Source: an uncultured bacterium
Lineage (GTDB): Bacteria; Babelota; Babeliae; Babelales; Vermiphilaceae
Length of the DNA: 64,000 nucleotides
Direction of reading: 5' to 3'
Assembly (NCBI GenBank): GCA_963713925.1
Contig: OY970212.1
Coordinates: 1,056,001 to 1,120,000, forward strand
Part shown: positions 57,599-64,000 of the stretch, in pieces
Numbering within the stretch: the stretch's first letter is position 1
How the letters are laid out: each line of letters opens with the position of its first letter
Notes under the pieces: model-generated
The model's database searches: none
Seen by the model: only the letters and a program-made list of their open reading frames with translations
What the model was told of the DNA's origin: nothing
Position numbers and translations under genes: made by a program

Positions 57599-60049
57599 CT
57601 ATTGCACAACAAAATTAATCAAGCGATCCGCTATATAGATGACTTTGACAACTTCTCCAAGCGCGAGCCATTTGGCAATTGCTGCCTCTGCTTTTGGCTG
57701 CACTTCTTTTTGAGAAAGCCCTTTTGCTACCGTCACATGAGCGCGTAACTTGCCATTGATTTGCACAACGATATCGACTGTTGATTCTTGCGCAGCAACC
57801 GGATCGTAGACCGGCCAGGCGCATTCAGACAATTGCTTGTCGCACAATTGTTCCAACAATTCTGAGGCCACATGCGGCGCGAATGATGAAAGTGCGACAA
57901 AAAGCTTTTCAAGTGTTGCCATGCTGAGCTTCATTTTTTCTGCCATAGCATGGTTGAGCCATTCCATAAGCGCTGAAATAGCAGTGTTTGGTTTGTAGAG
58001 ATCCAAACGTTCTTGGAATTTTTTCAAGAATTGATGGAAATGGTGCGTCACTTCCGGAGCTTCTTGTTCCGATTTGCTCACGTGATGTTGAGAATCGGTC
58101 ACATAGGTGTACAACCGATATATGAATCGACGAATTCCCTCAAGCCCCGTGTCTTGCCATTCACAATCAAGTTCTGGTGGTCCCATGAACAGAATGTACA
58201 TGCGTAATACATCGGTGCCATATTTTTCTATCATCTCATCGGGGCTAACAACATTGCCTTTTGATTTTGACATTTTTTCAATTTGGCCTGATTTCTCAGA
58301 ATATTTCAACACCATGCCTTGATTGAACAATTGTTTAAATGGCTCGTTAAATGGCAGATGCCCCAAATCAAACAAGACTTTGACCCAGAAGCGCGCGTAA
58401 AGCAAATGCAAAATCGCGTGCTCAATGCCGCCGACATACAAATCAACCGGTAGCCAATAGTTCATGTCTTTCATATCCCATGCTTTATTCGTCAAGTCCG
58501 GATTTGGATAGCGCAAGAAATACCAACAGGAGCCGGCCCATTGTGGCATGGTATTTGTTTCACGTTTTGCTGCGCCATTGCATTGTGGACATTTTACATT
58601 CACCCAATCTTGAATGGCCGCAAGCGGTGATTCCCCGGTGCCGGTTGGTTGATATTTTTCAACTTCAGGCAATCTGACTGGCAATTGATCTTCAGGAACA
58701 GGAACAACCCCACATTTTGAGCAATGAATGAGCGGTATCGGTTCACCCCAATAGCGTTGGCGAGAGAAAATCCAATCGCGCAATTTGTAGGTGACCATGC
58801 GTTCGCCATGTCCTTGATTGACAATCTCATCAATGATACGTGTGCGGCCTTCGCTCTTGGCATCGAGACCGTTGAATGACCCGGAATTGATTAATGGGCC
58901 AGATCCTTCACCAATGGGTTCGGTGACATTGTCGTGTCCATCAATCTTTTGTTTGTAGTCGATAACCGGCATACGTCGTAAATCAAATGCTGTCGCAAAG
59001 TCAAAATCGCGTTGATCATGCGCAGGCACGCCCATGACAATTCCAGTGCCATATGAAAAGAGTACATAATCGGCAACATAAATCGGAACGGTGCCCCCGG
59101 TTACCGGATTGGTCGCCCAACTTCCCGTGAATACACCTGTTTTAACTTTTGAATCATCAACAGATTCGCCCATTGCATGAGCTGCTTTGGCAAGTTTGCG
59201 ATAATTTTCGACATCTTCTTGCTCTGCTGAGCGGGTAATTTTTGTAACCAGCTCATGTTCCGGGGCCATGACTAAAAATGAAACGCCGAATATCGTCTCA
59301 GGGCAGGTGGTAAAGACGGGAAGATCGACCCGTTTATTTTCTCGGTCAATCGTGTGGAAAACAATCGAAGCACCTTCGCTTTTGCCGATCCAGTTGCGCT
59401 GCATCATTTTTACTTTTTCTGGCCACTCGAGCGTATCAAGGCCGTCAAGCAATTTTTCGGCATAATCAGTGATTTTGAGCACCCACTGCGGGATATTTTT
59501 TTTAGTAACCTGCGTGCCGCATCGCTCACAACCACCGTCGACAACTTCTTCATTGGCAAGCCCGGTCAAGCATGAGGGGCACCAATTGATTGGCATATTG
59601 GTGCGATAGGCTAGACCAGCCTTATACATTTGTAAAAAGATCCACTGGGTCCACTTGTAATAGTCCGGATCCGTGGTGTTTACTTCTTTATCCCAGTCAT
59701 AGATTGCCGCAATTTGTTTCAATTGACGTCTGAAGTTTTCAATATTGGCAGCCGTGCTGATCTGGGGCAAGATACCTTTTTTGATCGCGTCATTTTCAGC
59801 CGGCAATCCAAAGGCATCCCAACCCATTGGATGAAGAACATTGTATCCTTCAAGCACCTTGATGCGTGCGTACACATCTGATAAGACATATCCCCGCCAG
59901 TGGCCCACGTGCAAGCCCGAACCTGATGGATAGGGGAACATATCAAGACAATAGTATTTTTCGCCGCTCCCGGTCGGCTGCGTTTTAACAGGATGTTCTT
60001 CCCATCTACGTTGCCATTTTTTTTCTATTGCTTGAAAGTCGTATGACAT
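57599..60049 (-). CDS. leuS: Leucine--tRNA ligase
   Basis: [39 protein letters not shown]. Confidence 0.97.
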   Translation of the reverse strand: MSYDFQAIEKKWQRRWEEHPVKTQPTGSGEKYYCLDMFPYPSGSGLHVGHWRGYVLSDVYARIKVLEGYNVLHPMGWDAFGLPAENDAIKKGILPQISTAANIENFRRQLKQIAAIYDWDKEVNTTDPDYYKWTQWIFLQMYKAGLAYRTNMPINWCPSCLTGLANEEVVDGGCERCGTQVTKKNIPQWVLKITDYAEKLLDGLDTLEWPEKVKMMQRNWIGKSEGASIVFHTIDRENKRVDLPVFTTCPETIFGVSFLVMAPEHELVTKITRSAEQEDVENYRKLAKAAHAMGESVDDSKVKTGVFTGSWATNPVTGGTVPIYVADYVLFSYGTGIVMGVPAHDQRDFDFATAFDLRRMPVIDYKQKIDGHDNVTEPIGEGSGPLINSGSFNGLDAKSEGRTRIIDEIVNQGHGERMVTYKLRDWIFSRQRYWGEPIPLIHCSKCGVVPVPEDQLPVRLPEVEKYQPTGTGESPLAAIQDWVNVKCPQCNGAAKRETNTMPQWAGSCWYFLRYPNPDLTNKAWDMKDMNYWLPVDLYVGGIEHAILHLLYARFWVKVLFDLGHLPFNEPFKQLFNQGMVLKYSEKSGQIEKMSKSKGNVVSPDEMIEKYGTDVLRMYILFMGPPELDCEWQDTGLEGIRRFIYRLYTYVTDSQHHVSKSEQEAPEVTHHFHQFLKKFQERLDLYKPNTAISALMEWLNHAMAEKMKLSMATLEKLFVALSSFAPHVASELLEQLCDKQLSECAWPVYDPVAAQESTVDIVVQINGKLRAHVTVAKGLSQKEVQPKAEAAIAKWLALGEVVKVIYIADRLINFVVQ

Positions 60050-60171
60050 ATGATTACCTTTTAGAAGAGCGGTCAAAATTTTTATTTCTCAATTGTGATA
60101 ATGACATTTTAACAAAAAATGTAAAAGCTCTCAAAAATAATCATTGTCAATAATTTTAAGAAAGCCTCAGT

Positions 60172-60786
60172 ATGCAAAATAAACAAATCAAACCACAATC
60201 CACTTCTTCCTTACAAGAACATATTCTCGTCGTCCCGAGGGACACCCTCTTTGCACAACAACCATCCTGGCACGGGATCAAAAAAGATGGGCTCAATGAA
60301 TTTCTTGAAACAATAAAAACGCATCAAGAATTTCATTTGAGAAGCAGCATGGAGCAAGATCCTCGCTATAAACAGATCATTCCCTACTTGATCTTCCGCC
60401 ATGGGCAAACGTATTTTTTGATGCAACGAACCGCACATACAACCGAACAACGTCTAAAAAACAAACTGAGCATTGGTATCGGCGGGCATATGCGCCAAGA
60501 AGATATGATCAATGGTTCAACCGTTTTTGATTGGGCTCGCCGCGAATTTCATGAAGAAGTCTTTTACAGCGGACGCTTGGAAGTCACGCCGCTCGGCATG
60601 ATCAATGATGATACCACTGAGGTTGGCCAAGTACATATCGGCCTTGCATTACTGCTTGATGGATTTAATGGGCAAATCAGCGTGAAATCAGAACTCAAGA
60701 GCGGGACGCTCGTGAGCCTCGAAGAACTCCGGCGGGTGAGCCCTGACCTTGAGACTTGGAGCCAAATGGTGCTTGAGCTGTTATAG
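60172..60786 (+). CDS. NUDIX-family phosphoesterase
   Basis: EQDPRYKQIIPY, SIGIGGH, REFHEE, VGQVHIG, LETWS. Confidence 0.85.
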   Translation: MQNKQIKPQSTSSLQEHILVVPRDTLFAQQPSWHGIKKDGLNEFLETIKTHQEFHLRSSMEQDPRYKQIIPYLIFRHGQTYFLMQRTAHTTEQRLKNKLSIGIGGHMRQEDMINGSTVFDWARREFHEEVFYSGRLEVTPLGMINDDTTEVGQVHIGLALLLDGFNGQISVKSELKSGTLVSLEELRRVSPDLETWSQMVLELL

Positions 60787-62370
60787 GCCAAGCTTTTCTT
60801 TTGCCGCATTTAAAATTTTAGATATCTTCTCTGCTAATTGCTTATCTTCGGCAGATATATATTTATCAGGATGATATTTTGATATCAATGTAAGATATGC
60901 TTTTTTCATTTCTTTCTTTGTTGCTTTGTCGGATAACCCGAGAATCATGAACGGCTTTCCATATTTTTCATACGTAAACGCATATTTATAATAATCTTGC
61001 AACGATTCGGGTAACGTGTCGCTTTTGACCGAATAATCAAAAGCAGGCTCATCTTTCGCAAAAGCAGAATAATCGGAATCGGAAGCAGAGTTATCATACC
61101 CATACCCTAAATCCCCGACTTTCAGGCGAAACTCGATTCCGGAAAGTACTGTCTTCTTATATATTGTTCCATTTCGCTTAATATATGTATAATTATATCC
61201 CTTAGGTTTCTCACGGAAAAATTCTTCCGAACCATATTGTGAACGCGCGATGTGATTCAGTTCATCCACTATTCCTTCAGCTAAAAATGGATATACGCGC
61301 ATTCCATTTGAAAGACGAATCCAATTCTTAGTCCCAATTGTGAAAGTATACAAGCTAGCGTAAGCCCATTTTTCTATCACTGATTTATCAAGACCAGTAA
61401 ATAATTTTTCACCGTTTGTAGCTTTCATGGAAGCTTTGATCAACCAAGGATTGTTCGAAAACAGAATAATGTTTCGCATGGGTCTTAGTGAAAGTTGACT
61501 ATTTCCGCCTTCTCTAGCAAGTGCGGAGATGTGATCATCATCAATGGCTATCCCCCTATCTGTCAGCACTTTTACTAATTTTTCATAAAAAGGGTCTAGC
61601 TTCTTATCTTTTAAAATTTTTTCGGCAGTATTCTCGATGTCCGCAAAAAGTTTTTCCTCATCGGTGTGATGCGTCGATGCATTTAAAGCCAATGCATCTA
61701 TTTTTACATGATATTCCTTAATCACGGAAGCGAGGAGATAGTTTTGCAATAAATCGACAATCAAGGATTGCCCACGGGGATTATATGCAAAAAAAAGCGA
61801 TTTAACGGGAAAACCTGAGACTACCTCCATTATTTTGTCATTATATTTTTGCAAATTATAACCGTCAGGCCATTTCAAATCATCAGTCAAGGCAGCTCCC
61901 AGAAATGCTGCATCTTTTTTTCGTTTTTCAACCTCTTGCTCGGTCTCCAATGAACCATCATCTTTGACAAAGGGTTGGTTATATCCTCCACCTTCAAACG
62001 AATAATCAACCTTAGGTAAGCCAAACCAAGATTTCAGACTATCAAACAAGCCTCGTTTTTGCGTGATAGGCCCTTGTTGTTTAAAAACAGTGGCAGCTGC
62101 CGCTGGAAACACGGCATTTGTACGCTCGGGCATTATTCTTGGAGCGGGAGAAAATCTTTGAATTGGAGATGCATAAGAAGTTGGAGTTGTGGCAGGAGCA
62201 ACGTTTTGTCGATATGGCAATTGATTCACCGGTCTTTGCGCTTGTTGCCTATCAAAACGGACCGCAGGTTGCCGCCTGATTTGAGCTTGCGGAGCTCGAT
62301 ATAACATGGCATAAACCTGAGGCATGCTCGCTGCAAGCATTAAAAACAAATAGCTTACTTTTCGCTTCAT
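60781..62370 (-). CDS. Secreted protein with a C-terminal J (DnaJ) domain
   Basis: PFMILGL...KKAYLTLISKYHPDK...ILNAAKE; N-terminal signal peptide. Confidence 0.8.
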   Translation of the reverse strand: MKRKVSYLFLMLAASMPQVYAMLYRAPQAQIRRQPAVRFDRQQAQRPVNQLPYRQNVAPATTPTSYASPIQRFSPAPRIMPERTNAVFPAAAATVFKQQGPITQKRGLFDSLKSWFGLPKVDYSFEGGGYNQPFVKDDGSLETEQEVEKRKKDAAFLGAALTDDLKWPDGYNLQKYNDKIMEVVSGFPVKSLFFAYNPRGQSLIVDLLQNYLLASVIKEYHVKIDALALNASTHHTDEEKLFADIENTAEKILKDKKLDPFYEKLVKVLTDRGIAIDDDHISALAREGGNSQLSLRPMRNIILFSNNPWLIKASMKATNGEKLFTGLDKSVIEKWAYASLYTFTIGTKNWIRLSNGMRVYPFLAEGIVDELNHIARSQYGSEEFFREKPKGYNYTYIKRNGTIYKKTVLSGIEFRLKVGDLGYGYDNSASDSDYSAFAKDEPAFDYSVKSDTLPESLQDYYKYAFTYEKYGKPFMILGLSDKATKKEMKKAYLTLISKYHPDKYISAEDKQLAEKISKILNAAKEKLGL

Positions 62371-62473
62371 AGACTGCCTCTTACACAAATATAATATTTT
62401 TCAATAGAATCATCTTTGTTTGATTATATATAATATATATGTATAATTGCAATGTTATAAAATAATAAAACAG

Positions 62474-62524
62474 GGCATACGCATCAAAAAAACTTATAAA
62501 CTAAGGGTTTTTGATGCGTATGCT
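62474..62524. other. Long inverted repeat between divergent genes
   Basis: gcatacgcatcaaaaa...tttttgatgcgtatgc. Confidence 0.6.
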
Positions 62525-62631
62525 TTGCCGATTCATTGATTTCTATTTGAAACAAACAGTAGGATTAAAAGAGCTAGTAATAAATTAATAAAAACAGATA
62601 AAAACCATATTGCGCAAAAAAAGGGCAAAAA

Positions 62632-63108
62632 ATGAATATCTCTGAGAAAAAACAGTCGTCAATGATATTTGTGTTCGCTCTGTTTTGTGTACATTCATGC
62701 CAGGTGAGCGCGAGCGCATTTCATAAAGCACAACTTAAAGCAGAACAACCAAGACAACAAAAAGACGACGCCAACGCGCAACGGCTTAAAACATTGGTTA
62801 CTGACCTGATACTGAATAACCAAACTTATTTCGCACAAGATGAACAAAAAATTACAAATGAACCGATCCCAGTTGAGATCTCAGCAAGTCTGTTGCAAAT
62901 AATGCTCATAATGGGAAATCTTCCGCTCTACGTCACCATTTCATTACAAACCGATAATGATAAAACAAATAAGGTTTTGGTATCACTTTTGCCCAAACTG
63001 AAATTCATCCTCAGATCAACTATGCGTCAACACTTAATGACTCCTGAGCAGTTCCGACGCCTCAGGGATAGGCTAGAAATATTAATGCCGGGGCAGCTGG
63101 GTCTTTAA
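62632..63108 (+). CDS. Secreted hypothetical protein
   Basis: 158-aa ORF with a signal-like N-terminus. Confidence 0.6.
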   Translation: MNISEKKQSSMIFVFALFCVHSCQVSASAFHKAQLKAEQPRQQKDDANAQRLKTLVTDLILNNQTYFAQDEQKITNEPIPVEISASLLQIMLIMGNLPLYVTISLQTDNDKTNKVLVSLLPKLKFILRSTMRQHLMTPEQFRRLRDRLEILMPGQLGL

Positions 63109-63271
63109 TAAAAATAAGAGACAAACCCCACGCGCAAGCTCGAAGACCTTCGGGAAAAACGATTGAGTTCATCACTTTATTAATTTCATTGACATGAAGA
63201 AGAAAAGTTTCTGAATCTTTGCATGAGCACAGAAAAAATTGTGATACATTTCTTGAGAGGAAATAGTAATA

Positions 63272-64000
63272 ATGCAAAAAATACAGAATCATGTCTTCAG
63301 CATGCTCTTTTTATGCATGCCGATGTATGTAGATGCACTCAATAGAGTTGTTGCAACTATACCCGTGGGAGACACCCCAGCTGGAATCGCAGTTACTCCG
63401 GACAATCGTTTTGCATACGTTGCGAATAACAATAATGATGGCATCCCGGGTGGAGATACCGTTAGTGTTATAAATTTGGCGACGAACACTGTTATACAAA
63501 CAATTAGTGATCCCAGTTTTAATGAGCCTTATACTGTTACTATTAATGCTGCAGGCACAAGGGCGTATGTCACCAATAGCAATGGCACAACCGTCACCAT
63601 TATAGACATAGCCACGAATGAAGTTATCGGCACCATTACTGGATTTGATGGTCCATCCGGCTTTGCTATAACTCCCGATGGGAACACCGCATATGTGAAT
63701 AATTATGGTAGTCCTCCACCGGGTGTCGGCAGCGGTAATGCAACAACGGTACGCGTTGTTAATTTAAATACGAATACTATTGTAGGCCCTCCAATCACGG
63801 TTGGACTCGCTCCTGCATCACTTGCGATAACCCCAGATGGCGAATTTGTATATGTCATTAACTATGTCGATGGCAATCCCGGGACCGGAACAACAAGTAT
63901 TATACGAACAAGTGATAATACGGTAGTTGGCACAATACCTGGCTTTTCAGGGCCATTTTCAATTGCAATCACACCCAATGGTTGCTTTGCCTATATCACT
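63272..64000 (+). CDS. YVTN/YncE-type beta-propeller repeat protein, 3'-truncated by the window edge (absent from the ORF track)
   Basis: MQKIQNH...VVATIPVGDTPAGIAVTPDNRFAYVAN...TVSVIN...RAYVTN...AITPDG..AYVNN; frame open to the window end. Confidence 0.9.
   Translation, partial: MQKIQNHVFSMLFLCMPMYVDALNRVVATIPVGDTPAGIAVTPDNRFAYVANNNNDGIPGGDTVSVINLATNTVIQTISDPSFNEPYTVTINAAGTRAYVTNSNGTTVTIIDIATNEVIGTITGFDGPSGFAITPDGNTAYVNNYGSPPPGVGSGNATTVRVVNLNTNTIVGPPITVGLAPASLAITPDGEFVYVINYVDGNPGTGTTSIIRTSDNTVVGTIPGFSGPFSIAITPNGCFAYIT

Overview
Bacterial chromosome segment, AT-rich, most consistent with a protist-associated intracellular bacterium of the Dependentiae/Babelota (TM6) type. This is an inference from two tandem ATP/ADP-translocase-family genes, ankyrin proteins and many orphan signal-peptide proteins. 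(1) About 0.8-10.6 kb is an integrated, satellite-sized element. It carries an SF3/D5-like helicase, a separate P4-type Zn-ribbon/TOPRIM primase, a mirror-symmetric 10-iteron putative origin between them, a secreted DUF4258-like protein, ankyrin cargo genes, and a large serine integrase whose last codons lie inside the 3' end of tRNA-Ala(GGC). (2) About 10.7-64 kb is mostly housekeeping (dsbD, hpf-like, der, dnaX, ffs, tRNA-Ser, rpsB, lon, cmk, recJ, lysS, sod, ftsB-like, ctpA, glmS, rpsI, tRNA-Thr, dksA-like, tadA, gyrB, tilS, ligD-Pol, leuS), interleaved with candidate host-directed secreted proteins (cPLA2-like, serpin-like fusion, J-domain protein, ~1690-aa orphan, Cys-rich pair, YVTN propeller). 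(3) The intergenic DNA holds at least four families of short palindromic repeats that insert into each other's loops in a graded, nested series. One family abuts tRNA CCA ends and brackets a standalone GIY-YIG nuclease gene. This nested-repeat/GIY-YIG arrangement and the integrated element are the best candidates for undescribed systems. All protein family calls come from motif recognition by eye; no searches were run.
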